DNA of 55,375 nucleotides from an uncultured Candidatus Saccharibacteria bacterium (GTDB lineage Bacteria; Patescibacteriota; Saccharimonadia; QS-5-54-17): NCBI GenBank assembly GCA_964489295.1, contig CAZAXT010000001.1, positions 1 to 55,375 of the forward strand, read 5' to 3'. Shown piece by piece: positions 1 to 9,496 of this stretch (position 1 is its first letter; each line of letters starts with the position of its first letter). The notes under the pieces were generated by a model. It saw only the letters and a program-made list of their open reading frames with translations, ran no database searches and was not told where the DNA came from. The position numbers and the translations under genes were made by a program.

Positions 1-17
1 GGAAGTGAGTAACGACC

Positions 18-1355
18 ATGCCGCAAAAGACCGTATTCGTCTGCCAGGAGTGCGGGAGCACGTCGCCCAAGTGGAGCGGTAAGTGCCCCGGGTGCGGAGC
101 GTGGAGTAGCATGGTGGAAGAATCCAGTCAGCCAGCTGCCCAAACCAAAAGCAGCGCCAAACCGGCGCAACCGCGGAAACTTGACGACATTTCCGATACT
201 CAGGAGCAACCGCGGATCAGTAGCGGCTTCCAGGAAGTCGACCAAGTGCTGGGCGGGGGTATCGTGCCGGGCGGGTTGATGCTGCTGGCCGGCGAACCCG
301 GGATCGGCAAATCGACCCTGCTCTTGCAGATGGCCGCCAAGGTCGCGGATGGGCACACCGTGTTGTACGTGAGCGGTGAAGAGTCACTGCAACAGATCAA
401 ACTCCGGGCCGACCGGTTAGGAGTACAGGAAAACTCCCTGCAACTGCTGGCCGCGACCGATATGGATGAGATCATCGCTACTATCGCTGAGGTGAAGCCG
501 GACTTTGTGGTGATCGATTCCGTCCAAACTATGAGTACCGGCCGCATTACCTCCAGCCCCGGTACCGTCAGCCAGATCACGACCACGACGCATATGCTCC
601 AGGAAATCGCCAAACAAAGCCAGACCGCCGTGCTGGTAGCCGGACACGTGACCAAAGAGGGCAACATTGCCGGGCCTAAGATTTTAGAGCACTTGGTGGA
701 CGTAGTATTGCATCTGGAAGGCGAACAGTTCGGCGGCTTCAAACTGCTGCGCGGCGTCAAGAACCGCTTCGGTTCCACGCACGAGGTCGGGGTGTTCGAG
801 ATGCGGGAGAGCGGTATGGTGCCTATCAGCAATCCGTCGGCCAGCTTCCTGCAGGAGCGGCAGGCCGGCAGCGGCTCGGTAGTATTCGCCGCCATGGAGG
901 GCACCCGGGCGTTACTGGTGGAGGTCCAGGCACTGGTCAACAACAGCCCGTTCGGGTACCCCAAGCGCACCAGCGCCGGATTCGATGCTAACCGCTTGAA
1001 CGTCTTGATCGCCGTGCTCGGCCAGCGGGCCGGCGTGCAGCTGGGCGACAAGGATGTCTACGTCAATATCGTGGGCGGGATGAAAATCACCGAACCGGCG
1101 GCCGACCTGGCGATAGCCTTGGCCATTGCCTCTGCTGCCAGGCAAAAACCGGTTCCCGCCGACGCGGTCGCCTTCGGGGAAGTCGGGCTCAGCGGCGAGA
1201 TACGCTCCGTTCCCAATGCCGAGTCGCGCATCAAGGAGGCGAAAAAACTGGATTTCACCACCGCGCTGGCGCCCAAACATGAGTCCGGGTTCATCAAATC
1301 CGTGACTACATTACGGGACGCTGTGGATACCGGAATCGGAAAGAGCGGAAAATAG
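18..1355 (+). CDS. radA: DNA repair protein RadA/Sms
   Basis: 445-aa ORF; N-terminal C4 zinc ribbon CQECGSTSPKWSGKCPGCGAW, Walker A GEPGIGKST, KNRFG motif, Lon-like C-terminal domain. Confidence 0.95.
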   Translation: MPQKTVFVCQECGSTSPKWSGKCPGCGAWSSMVEESSQPAAQTKSSAKPAQPRKLDDISDTQEQPRISSGFQEVDQVLGGGIVPGGLMLLAGEPGIGKSTLLLQMAAKVADGHTVLYVSGEESLQQIKLRADRLGVQENSLQLLAATDMDEIIATIAEVKPDFVVIDSVQTMSTGRITSSPGTVSQITTTTHMLQEIAKQSQTAVLVAGHVTKEGNIAGPKILEHLVDVVLHLEGEQFGGFKLLRGVKNRFGSTHEVGVFEMRESGMVPISNPSASFLQERQAGSGSVVFAAMEGTRALLVEVQALVNNSPFGYPKRTSAGFDANRLNVLIAVLGQRAGVQLGDKDVYVNIVGGMKITEPAADLAIALAIASAARQKPVPADAVAFGEVGLSGEIRSVPNAESRIKEAKKLDFTTALAPKHESGFIKSVTTLRDAVDTGIGKSGK

Positions 1356-1399
1356 CCTCGTATGCCACTGATATGCTCGGTCAGGTTGATGGAGCCGCT

Positions 1400-4300
1400 T
1401 TACCGACCCGGGATACCGGAATGGTAGCCGAACGTTGAGTCGAGCCAACTTTGTCCGGTGCTTCCCGGATTCCCGAACTGCGAATCGTCGGATGATTCCT
1501 CCCCGCATTCTTCACACGTAGCCGAATCGCTGCCGGTAGCATAAAGTCCGTTATTGATAACCGTGGCTTCGTAGCTGTGCTCGCCTTCGCTATCCGGGGA
1601 GTCGTACCACGTGTAGGTGTTGCCGCTTTTTGAGTCCCACTTTCCAAGGTCGCGTCCGTCCTCATGGCTGACGCTCCTCTCATCTGCCGAACCGTCGACA
1701 CCGGCAACCTCTACTACTATTTCGATTTCTTCCTGACCGTTCTTGGCATTTACAGAAATGCTAGGCTTCTGATCGCAGTTGTCGCGTTCCTCCGGTATCT
1801 CGCCGCCGCTACCTATATCGCGCCTCTCGGCCAGGTTCTGTACGGGCGGGTTCCAACGGGAAAAGGCGGGATCATCCGGCGGGATTTCCGCCTGCATGCC
1901 GTAGTTGGTGATTTCTTCTACGTACTGTTCGTGCGGACGGCAGTTATCATTGACCTTGCGGCCGGTCTCGGTGTTGATGGTAGCGGTTTCGATGTCCTCA
2001 TTCTCGGTCGGCTCATACCAGGCGGGGAAGATATCGGTGACCGTGTCTTCCGATTGGTCGCTGGCCATATTGCCGGTATAGGCGTCCAACTCAACGGATT
2101 TAATGCCTTCGGGCCGCTGGAACGGTTTATTTTGGTTGCCTTCCAGAGCGTTCTGCATAAATTGGGTGAATATAGGGCCGGTCAGGTTGCTGGTGGCTAC
2201 ATGCATGGGGTCATTTTGATTGTGGCCCGTCCAGACACCAGCGACCAGATCTTTGGAGTAGCCCATCATCCATCCATCCCGGAGGTCATCGGTGGTACCG
2301 GTCTTGATGGCGACCGTGTGTCCGGGAACGGCCAAATCCGGATTGTTGTAACCAAATGTCGGAGCGCGGGCGCCTTGGTCCGAGAGGATGTCGGATATAA
2401 GATAGGCAGTTTGCCTGTCCAAAACGCGTTCGGGTTTTGATTTTTCCCAGTCCTGCAACACGGTTCCGTCCGAACCGGTGACTTTCAGTATCTTGGTTTG
2501 CTCGTTGTGTACCCCGCCGTTGGCAAAGGTTTCGTAGGCGTTGACGTGCTGGTCCAGGCGGACTTCTCCGGCACCGAGCACCAGGCTCAGGCCGTAATTG
2601 GAAGGATTACTAAGCGTGGTAATGCCCATATTGCTGACTTGGTTCAATACCGGTTCCAATCCGACGATATAGAGCATCTTGACCGCGGGAATGTTGCGGG
2701 ATTCCGCCAGCGCGGAACGGACGGAAAGCGCCCCGCGGAAGCTGTTGTCGAAGTTGCTCGGCACGTAGCCGCCGCCGAAGTCGGTCCGGACATCGTACAT
2801 GATACTGCCGGCACCCCAGTTTGTGGTGTCTTCGAACGCTTGGGCGTAAACGTAGGGTTTGAAGCTGGAGCCGGGCTGGCGGCGGGCAGTAGCCGCGTTA
2901 TACGCGCCGAATTCCTTGTATTCGAATCCGCGTGAACCGACCATGGCCATGACTTGGCCCGTGTCAGGGTCGCTGGCGACCAGTGCCGCGTTGTTGCCGC
3001 CGCCGTTGACAACGTGTTCGATGTTGTTTTTGACCGCTTTTTGTGCCTTTTGCTGCATATCCATATCGATAGTAGTGATGACCTCGAGCCCACCCTGCAT
3101 GACTTTCTGTGTGCCGTACTCTTGCTCCAGTTGCCGCTGGACATTGAGCACGAAGTGCGGCGCCTTGATGTTCCGATACGCATCGGGTGTGTCGTTCACC
3201 TTGGCCATGGTGTCGCTCTCGATAGCTTTCTGAGCTTCCTCTTCGTCTATGTAGCCCTGTTCTTGCATGAGTTGCAGCACGGTATCTATACGTGCATTCA
3301 GCGCCTCAGTGTTTTTCCCATACGGAGAATAATACGAAGGGGCTTGCGGAAGGGCGGCCAGCATGGCCGCTTCGTCCAGATCGAGGTTGTCGGCGTCTTT
3401 GGAGAAATACATCTGGCTGGCCGCTTGGACACCGTAGGCCTGTGCGCCGTAGGGGATTTCATTCAAGTATAACTCCAGGATTTCGTCTTTGCTGTATAAC
3501 TGTTCGATTTGAATCGATAAAATAATCTCCTTGATTTTGCGGGAAATCGTGCGTTCGGGTGTCAAAAGGGAGTTTTTGACGTATTGCTGTGTAATAGTTG
3601 ATCCGCCCTGGAGCGAATCCCGGTTGAGCACGTTATTGACCGCTGCTCGTAAAATACCAATGACGCTGATACCGACGTTTTGCTCATAAAAGTTTTGGTT
3701 CTCCATGGCAATGGTGGCATGCTTGACATTGCCGCCGATTTTATCCAGTTCCACGAACGTCCGGTTTTTATCCCCGAATACTTCATAAAGGAGGGTTTCG
3801 CCGCTGCGGTCGTAAAATTTGGTGGTTTGCTCAAAGTTGATCGCATTGATCTGGCCGGGATTGGGCAAATCTCGGGCGAAGTAGAGGAATAGTCCGGCAA
3901 TGACCAGGATCATCAACCCGAACGCGGTGCCGGCGATTTTCAGGGCGGCGAACATACCCGGCTTGCTGAACCACCAGTCCGTGAACCGTTTCGGATTGGC
4001 GTACCAGATCCAGCGGCGCCAGAATTCTTCGGGAGGTTGGCCCGATGCGCTGCTCTTACCTTTGCCCTTCCGGGCTTTACTCCGGGAGGCCTTGGAGGCG
4101 GTGCTTGCCTTTCGTCCCGTGTTAGCTCCCGTTTTGGTTTGGCTCGACGGTTTTTTGGACCCTGGCACCAGTCGCTTCAGCGCCGTGGCCGCGGATGTGA
4201 GCTGGGGAGCAGCTTTTTCTATACGAGAAGGCTTGGAGTTACTGGTTTTCTTTGTATCGGCGGTCTTTTTCTTGTTATCCGGTTTCTTCGAACCGTTGGT

Positions 4301-4528
4301 TGTACGATTCGAACTGCTGCGCTTGTGCGAGGCAGACGTCGAAGTGGACGCTTTTGACTTCTGGGTAGTTCGGCCCGTGTTAAGTGTACTTTTTCGGTTA
4401 CTGCGAGGCGTATGCTTCGATGTCTTATCGTTTGACGCGCGCTTCCGGGACGGGGATTTCTTGTCCGTCCTGGAAAGTGGATTCGATATCGAGCGACGTA
4501 TCTTGTGCCATTGCTCTTGTATTTTCAT
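1400..4528 (-). CDS. Class A penicillin-binding protein (bifunctional glycosyltransferase/transpeptidase) with long low-complexity N-terminal tail
   Basis: 1042-aa ORF; GT51 motifs ENQNFYEQ, GGSTITQQ, RKIKE; transpeptidase SSFKP (SxxK), SRN, KTGT; one TM segment after about 190 Lys/Ser/Thr-rich residues; about 250-aa C-terminal extension. Confidence 0.9.
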   Translation of the reverse strand: MKIQEQWHKIRRSISNPLSRTDKKSPSRKRASNDKTSKHTPRSNRKSTLNTGRTTQKSKASTSTSASHKRSSSNRTTNGSKKPDNKKKTADTKKTSNSKPSRIEKAAPQLTSAATALKRLVPGSKKPSSQTKTGANTGRKASTASKASRSKARKGKGKSSASGQPPEEFWRRWIWYANPKRFTDWWFSKPGMFAALKIAGTAFGLMILVIAGLFLYFARDLPNPGQINAINFEQTTKFYDRSGETLLYEVFGDKNRTFVELDKIGGNVKHATIAMENQNFYEQNVGISVIGILRAAVNNVLNRDSLQGGSTITQQYVKNSLLTPERTISRKIKEIILSIQIEQLYSKDEILELYLNEIPYGAQAYGVQAASQMYFSKDADNLDLDEAAMLAALPQAPSYYSPYGKNTEALNARIDTVLQLMQEQGYIDEEEAQKAIESDTMAKVNDTPDAYRNIKAPHFVLNVQRQLEQEYGTQKVMQGGLEVITTIDMDMQQKAQKAVKNNIEHVVNGGGNNAALVASDPDTGQVMAMVGSRGFEYKEFGAYNAATARRQPGSSFKPYVYAQAFEDTTNWGAGSIMYDVRTDFGGGYVPSNFDNSFRGALSVRSALAESRNIPAVKMLYIVGLEPVLNQVSNMGITTLSNPSNYGLSLVLGAGEVRLDQHVNAYETFANGGVHNEQTKILKVTGSDGTVLQDWEKSKPERVLDRQTAYLISDILSDQGARAPTFGYNNPDLAVPGHTVAIKTGTTDDLRDGWMMGYSKDLVAGVWTGHNQNDPMHVATSNLTGPIFTQFMQNALEGNQNKPFQRPEGIKSVELDAYTGNMASDQSEDTVTDIFPAWYEPTENEDIETATINTETGRKVNDNCRPHEQYVEEITNYGMQAEIPPDDPAFSRWNPPVQNLAERRDIGSGGEIPEERDNCDQKPSISVNAKNGQEEIEIVVEVAGVDGSADERSVSHEDGRDLGKWDSKSGNTYTWYDSPDSEGEHSYEATVINNGLYATGSDSATCEECGEESSDDSQFGNPGSTGQSWLDSTFGYHSGIPGR

Positions 4529-4651
4529 AGAAAACGGAGGAACGCTCCTCTATTAGTTGGAAATATACGGTCTTATTATAACAAACATGCGTGGAGAAAA
4601 AGAGACACTCGACATGTATCCGGTACGCCATCGATACAACATACCGAGTTT

Positions 4652-4680
4652 TTGCTTATACCGGAGTCTCGCGCTATTAT
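4652..4680 (+). promoter_or_regulatory. Candidate sigma70-type promoter for tyrS (leaderless geometry)
   Basis: TTGCTT (4652-4657), 17-nt spacer, TATTAT (4675-4680); the ATG at 4687 lies 6 nt after the -10 box and has no SD. Confidence 0.45.
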
Positions 4681-4686
4681 ACACCC

Positions 4687-5850
4687 ATGAACAGTCATAT
4701 ATTCCGGGGCAGCAACGAGGTCATTGACCGCCAGGAACTCGATAGAAAACTTGAACAAGGCACGACCTTACGTATCAAACACGGTATAGACCCGACCGGG
4801 GACAGGATCCATATCGGGCACGCCTCCCTGTTGCGAAAACTGAAACACTTCCAGGACTTGGGGCACCAGGCAGTACTCATCGTGGGGAGTTTTACCGCCC
4901 AGATCGGCGATTCTTCGGACAAGTCGAGCGAACGCCGGACACTTACCAAAGAAGACGTCGAAGCCAACATGCGGGATTACGAAAAGCAACTGGGGCGAGT
5001 GATCGATATCGACAAAGCCGAGGTGCGGTTTAATCATGAATGGTTCGAGTCCATGGAGCTTGCGGAGTGGCTGGAAGTAAACCAGCTTTTTTCGGTTGCC
5101 CAGATGATCGAGCGGGACAATTTTGCCAAGCGGTTCGAAGCGGGGAAACGGATCGGGTTACAGGAGTTCCAATACCCGCTTATGCAGGCGTATGACTCCG
5201 TTGCGGTAGAAGCGGACGTCGAGATCGGCGGAACCGACCAACTGTTTAACATGTTGGGCGGCAGGCCGATGCAAAAGCATTACGGGCAGCCGATGCAGGA
5301 TGTGATCACCTACGATCTATTGCTTGCCGACGACGGAAGCAAGATGAGCAAAAGCTGGGAGAATTGCGTGTGGGTGGATGACGCGCCCGGGGACATGTAC
5401 GGCAAAATTATGCGTATACACGATGATATGATCATGCATTACTTCGCTCTGGCGACCGATGTGGCAGATACCGAGATGGAAGATATGCAGCAGCGGTTGA
5501 CGCGCGGAGAAAACCCGCGTGACATCAAACAGCGGTTGGCCCGGGAGATCGTCACGATGTACCACGATGAAACGGCGGCCCAAAAAGCCGAAGATGCTTT
5601 CGTGCGGCAATTCCAGAACAAGGAACTCCCTCAGGATATACCCGAGGTAAAACTATCCGGGCAGGAATGGAATATCTCGGAACTGTTGGTGCACACGGAA
5701 TTAGCTGCCAGTAAAACCGAAGCCCGCCGGTTAATTGACCAAGGCGGCGTTCGCTTGAGCGGTAAACGTATAGAAGACGACACGGTAACCGTTGCTGACG
5801 GCGACGTGCTCCAAGCGGGGAAACGGCACTTCAGAACGATCAGACTGTGA
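4687..5850 (+). CDS. tyrS: Tyrosyl-tRNA synthetase
   Basis: HIGH motif (RIHIGHASL), KMSKS motif (GSKMSKSW), C-terminal S4-like domain; start moved to the internal ATG at 4687 because the first 32 codons of the tracked ORF look non-coding. Confidence 0.9.
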   Translation: MNSHIFRGSNEVIDRQELDRKLEQGTTLRIKHGIDPTGDRIHIGHASLLRKLKHFQDLGHQAVLIVGSFTAQIGDSSDKSSERRTLTKEDVEANMRDYEKQLGRVIDIDKAEVRFNHEWFESMELAEWLEVNQLFSVAQMIERDNFAKRFEAGKRIGLQEFQYPLMQAYDSVAVEADVEIGGTDQLFNMLGGRPMQKHYGQPMQDVITYDLLLADDGSKMSKSWENCVWVDDAPGDMYGKIMRIHDDMIMHYFALATDVADTEMEDMQQRLTRGENPRDIKQRLAREIVTMYHDETAAQKAEDAFVRQFQNKELPQDIPEVKLSGQEWNISELLVHTELAASKTEARRLIDQGGVRLSGKRIEDDTVTVADGDVLQAGKRHFRTIRL

Positions 5851-5904
5851 AACCGTTTCGTCCGCGTATCGCAGCTCGGGTATTCGTATGTAACTCGAGT
5901 TGGA

Positions 5905-5910
5905 TATAAT
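5905..5910 (+). promoter_or_regulatory. Candidate -10 box for recG (leaderless geometry)
   Basis: TATAAT, then 6 nt (GAAACC), then the recG ATG at 5917; no SD and only a weak -35. Confidence 0.35.
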
Positions 5911-5916
5911 GAAACC

Positions 5917-7920
5917 ATGGAGCTTGATACGCCGATTACGACACTCAAAGGGGTAGGAAAAGCATCTGCTACCCGACTACGAAAACTCGGGATTACGACA
6001 GTGGAAGATCTGGTATACCACTTCCCGCGGCGCTACGAGGATTATTCCCGCGTGGTATCGATCCGGGATGCCCGTCCGGGAACGATTACGGTCAAGGGTG
6101 AGATCGCCCGGATGCAAACACATAAAACGCATCGAGGAAAGAAACTGACGAAAGCTTTGATCGATGACGGCACGGCTGCGGTCCAGGCGATTTGGTTTAA
6201 CCAGCCGTATTTGGAACAGTCGCTCCCCAGGCGCACTCCGATTTACGCCGCGGGTGAATTAGCGTTTTCCTACAATCAGTACGCGCTGCAGTCGCCGACC
6301 ATAGAACGGGTCAGCGCGTTTCCCAAAAACGCGGCCCGCATCGTGCCGGTGTATCCGGAAACCGAGGGTATATCCTCCAAGCAGCTGCGCTATTGGTTGC
6401 AACAAACATTACCGGTGAGGATGGAAGATCCTATCCCTGAATCCATCCGCCATACCCATGGACTCATGGATAAGAATAGCGCCATCACCAGTATGCATTT
6501 CCCGCACTCCATGGAGGATGCCGACCGAGCGCGATACCGGTTGGCTTTCGAAGAGTTATATATTCTGCTTTTGGCGCTGCGGGATATCAAACAGGAATCC
6601 GAGTCTCGGAACGCGCGCCCGGTCGCGTTCGATCAGGACGCGGTCCGTTCCCTGGTTAAGCACTTGCCGTTTTCCTTGACCGACAGTCAACGCAAAACGG
6701 CCTGGCGGATCATCCAGGATATGCAATACGGACAGCCGATGAATCGTCTATTGCAGGGAGACGTCGGGAGCGGTAAGACGGTCGTGGCCGCCATTGCCGC
6801 CGCGGTCGTAGCCGGCAACGAACTTCAAACTGCCGTATTGGTTCCGACCGCGATATTGGCCGAACAGCATTTCCGGACCATTCGTGACATACTGACACCG
6901 CTGGGTGTTGAGGTCGATTTACTCACGGGTGCTACCAAATCAGGTGAACGGGCAGATATCGTGGAACGACTGCGCACGAATAGCATTTCTGTCTGCGTCG
7001 GCACACACGCGCTGTTAGAAGACGACATTTCGTTTGCCGATCTGGGTTTGGTCGTCATCGATGAACAGCATAGATTCGGCGTAGATCAGCGGAACCGTTT
7101 ACAAGGCAAGGCGTCCGTTGCGCCGCACGTGTTGAGTATGACCGCGACTCCTATACCCAGAAGTATGGCGTTGACCGTGTACGGGGAATTGGACATTTCG
7201 TTTTTACGGGATATGCCTCCGGGAAGAAAGTCCGTCAAGACATTCGTAACTACCAGCGAAGAGTGGGTGTATGACCAGCTGCAACAACTTCTTAATGAGG
7301 GTGGAAAAATTTATGTGATATGCCCGTTGATAGAAGAATCCGACACCCTGGGAGTCAAAAGCGTAGAACAAGAGACGCGTACGTTGCAGCGCTATTTGCC
7401 GGAAGCGGCCATTATCGGATTGAACGGCCGCATGAAACCCCGCGAGAAAACCGACGTGGTGCGGCAGTTCCATGCAGGTGAAGCGGATATACTCGTAGCA
7501 ACAACCGTGGTAGAAGTCGGTGTTGACGTGCCGGATGCCAACGCTATCGTGATCGAGGGGGCCGAACGGTTCGGGTTGGCGACATTGCACCAATTGCGCG
7601 GAAGGGTCGGTCGCGGCGAGTCTCAAGCATTCTGTTATCTGAAACCCACTGATGGGGTGCGTGACCGGAAGCGACTGCAGCTTATGGAGCATTCCAATGA
7701 CGGTCGACTTTTAGCCGAAAAAGATTTAGAGTTGCGGGGAGCAGGGGAATTATACGGCGAGCGGCAACACGGAGCTCTCGATATGCGACTAGCCCGGTTG
7801 ACCGATACTGCCCTCATCGATGCGGTCCAACACGCGGTCGCGGAAACGCCGGAGTCGGATTTCGGAAAAATACTCTCAAAAATGGTTGCTGACAAAAAGA
7901 AACAAAAACACTTAAATTAG
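5917..7920 (+). CDS. recG: ATP-dependent DNA helicase RecG
   Basis: 667 aa; wedge/OB N-terminus, helicase motif I GDVGSGKT, motif II DEQHRFG, QLRGRVGRG. Confidence 0.93.
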   Translation: MELDTPITTLKGVGKASATRLRKLGITTVEDLVYHFPRRYEDYSRVVSIRDARPGTITVKGEIARMQTHKTHRGKKLTKALIDDGTAAVQAIWFNQPYLEQSLPRRTPIYAAGELAFSYNQYALQSPTIERVSAFPKNAARIVPVYPETEGISSKQLRYWLQQTLPVRMEDPIPESIRHTHGLMDKNSAITSMHFPHSMEDADRARYRLAFEELYILLLALRDIKQESESRNARPVAFDQDAVRSLVKHLPFSLTDSQRKTAWRIIQDMQYGQPMNRLLQGDVGSGKTVVAAIAAAVVAGNELQTAVLVPTAILAEQHFRTIRDILTPLGVEVDLLTGATKSGERADIVERLRTNSISVCVGTHALLEDDISFADLGLVVIDEQHRFGVDQRNRLQGKASVAPHVLSMTATPIPRSMALTVYGELDISFLRDMPPGRKSVKTFVTTSEEWVYDQLQQLLNEGGKIYVICPLIEESDTLGVKSVEQETRTLQRYLPEAAIIGLNGRMKPREKTDVVRQFHAGEADILVATTVVEVGVDVPDANAIVIEGAERFGLATLHQLRGRVGRGESQAFCYLKPTDGVRDRKRLQLMEHSNDGRLLAEKDLELRGAGELYGERQHGALDMRLARLTDTALIDAVQHAVAETPESDFGKILSKMVADKKKQKHLN

Positions 7921-7987
7921 ATATTGTCAAATAGGGTCGTATTCAGTACAGTAAATAAGGATTAACACAGGACTGCGCTTATATTTT

Positions 7988-8797
7988 ATGTATTCGGGTT
8001 GGATCACATTACGCCACACGGTCAATTGGTTGGGTGCCCATCAGAAATTCAACAAGATGGCGTACCAACAGTTGGTGCCATATATGCATATGGCGTCTTT
8101 CCCGCCGCTGGACAAGATACAGCATTTCGAAGGGTATAACGGTCCGGACGGCATTAAGGTCAAAACGATACACCGCCACGAAGAGCCGAGTCATTTTTAT
8201 GACCCTACATCCCAAAGCGGTCCGCTGCTGGACCACGTTGAGAATCATTACCAATCGCTCGTCGACGCGTTATCCCAGCAGAATACGGTCCGGGCCGCAT
8301 TCGAGGCGGCGTGGCTGGCCCACACGGTAACCGATGGTTTAACGCCGGCGCACCACATTTCATATGAGGAAGAGCTGCACGAGATGTATCGGAACGGAAA
8401 CCATACCTTTAAGAAACCCCGGAACAAAGTCATTATGCAAGGTGATACCAAACGCCAAGCTTTGCGGCAAAATTGGCAAATGTGGGGAGGGAGCGGACTG
8501 CTGTCGATGCATATTCACTTCGAGATCGGCGTAGCCGCTGCCGTCATCGCCGGCAACCTCAAAGGAGAAGTAAGCCCAGTGAAACTAAAGATGGCACGAA
8601 AACAAGGGGCGATCGATTTCTTCAAGACGGAGGCGCGGGAAATACACCGCCTGCGGTTGTACGAACAGTTTAGCAAGAAGAGTTGGACCGCTGAACTCGC
8701 CCGGACCATCCGCCGGCAGCTCGGACCGGCCATCATACAAGCTATCGCGATCGAGTGGATTTTAGCTGCTGAAGAAGCGGGTGTCGCGCAACGATGA
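7988..8797 (+). CDS. Zinc-dependent phospholipase C-fold protein (PLC / P1-nuclease superfamily-like), function uncertain
   Basis: 269 aa; SHFYDP matches the SHFYDPD zinc motif of Bacillus cereus PLC; LAHTVTDGLTPAHH has the same H-x3-D-x3-P-x-H spacing as LHYLGDVNQPMH; no obvious signal peptide; its stop overlaps the rsmD start (ATGA). Confidence 0.55.
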   Translation: MYSGWITLRHTVNWLGAHQKFNKMAYQQLVPYMHMASFPPLDKIQHFEGYNGPDGIKVKTIHRHEEPSHFYDPTSQSGPLLDHVENHYQSLVDALSQQNTVRAAFEAAWLAHTVTDGLTPAHHISYEEELHEMYRNGNHTFKKPRNKVIMQGDTKRQALRQNWQMWGGSGLLSMHIHFEIGVAAAVIAGNLKGEVSPVKLKMARKQGAIDFFKTEAREIHRLRLYEQFSKKSWTAELARTIRRQLGPAIIQAIAIEWILAAEEAGVAQR

Positions 8798-9318
8798 AGA
8801 TTACCGGCGGTAAGTTCAAAAGTCGCAACATCGTACAACCTTCCCCCGAAACGACCCGCCCCATGACGGGTCGGGCCACTGAAGCCATATTCAATATGCT
8901 CGGCAATGTCACGGATTTATCAGTGCTTGATTTGTACGCGGGAAGCGGTGCACTGGGGATAGAAGCGATAAGCCGGGGTGCATATTCCGTAACCGCCGTA
9001 GAGAGAGACCGGGAAGCGGCCCGTGTCATTCAGGATAATTATGAACGGCTCGGTATCGGGGAGCGTGTGCACATTGAAACCCAACCGGTCGCTTTGTGGA
9101 TGACCAACAACACCAAAGTATTCGATCTCGTGTTCGCCGACCCGCCATTCGCCGAATTTGACGAATCGGTATTAAAGCACGTATCACGTAACGCCGGCAA
9201 TGTGTATGTCATCCGACACGCCAAGGAGCAACCCGTTCTTGAAATCGAAGATATGGAATTGCGCCGACACCGGCGATACGGCAATAGCGTGCTAACATTC
9301 TACACGCCTCAGGCGTGA
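8794..9318 (+). CDS. rsmD: 16S rRNA (guanine966-N2)-methyltransferase RsmD
   Basis: 174 aa; SAM motif DLYAGSGALGIEAISRGA and catalytic DPPF. Confidence 0.85.
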   Translation: MKITGGKFKSRNIVQPSPETTRPMTGRATEAIFNMLGNVTDLSVLDLYAGSGALGIEAISRGAYSVTAVERDREAARVIQDNYERLGIGERVHIETQPVALWMTNNTKVFDLVFADPPFAEFDESVLKHVSRNAGNVYVIRHAKEQPVLEIEDMELRRHRRYGNSVLTFYTPQA

Positions 9319-9359
9319 ATGGTTATTACTGGCGCATGAACACGGGAACCGTACAAACT

Positions 9360-9380
9360 AGTAAGTAATAAGTAGTAAGT
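9360..9380 (+). repeat. Tandem heptamer AGTAAGT-AATAAGT-AGTAAGT
   Basis: Three 7-nt units read directly in the rsmD-antiporter spacer, followed by CTATTTTTT. Confidence 0.7.
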
Positions 9381-9398
9381 CTATTTTTTGATATAGCG

Positions 9399-9420
9399 AT
9401 GGACATACGTTGTCCGTTTT
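9399..9420 (+). terminator. Candidate intrinsic terminator after rsmD
   Basis: Stem ATGGACA / TGTCCGT (7 bp, one G-U), loop TACGT, followed by TTT. Confidence 0.4.
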
Positions 9421-9496
9421 AGTAGGTGCGGGATGATTTTGCTGCCGGGTGATTCGGCACCTGGGTTTATTGTTATTTCCGAATGCCTATTTCATA

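Noticed and set aside
200-1051. 283-aa minus-strand ORF antisense to radA. The same class includes 1664-2440 (antisense to the PBP), 15651-16289 (rpoB), 25373-26107 (tuf), 37739-38461 (secY) and 40439-41149 (rpsD).
   Set aside because: Each lies wholly inside a confidently identified conserved gene on the other strand. Their translations are low-complexity (Ser/Pro/Arg/Ala-rich) with no motifs. These are typical shadow ORFs of codon-biased genes.
4529-4686. T-box riboswitch leaders upstream of tyrS and hisS.
   Set aside because: The available non-coding space is too short (about 158 nt shared with a divergent gene, and 148 nt). It lacks specifier and terminator architecture. Promoter -10 boxes sit 6-8 nt from the start codons.
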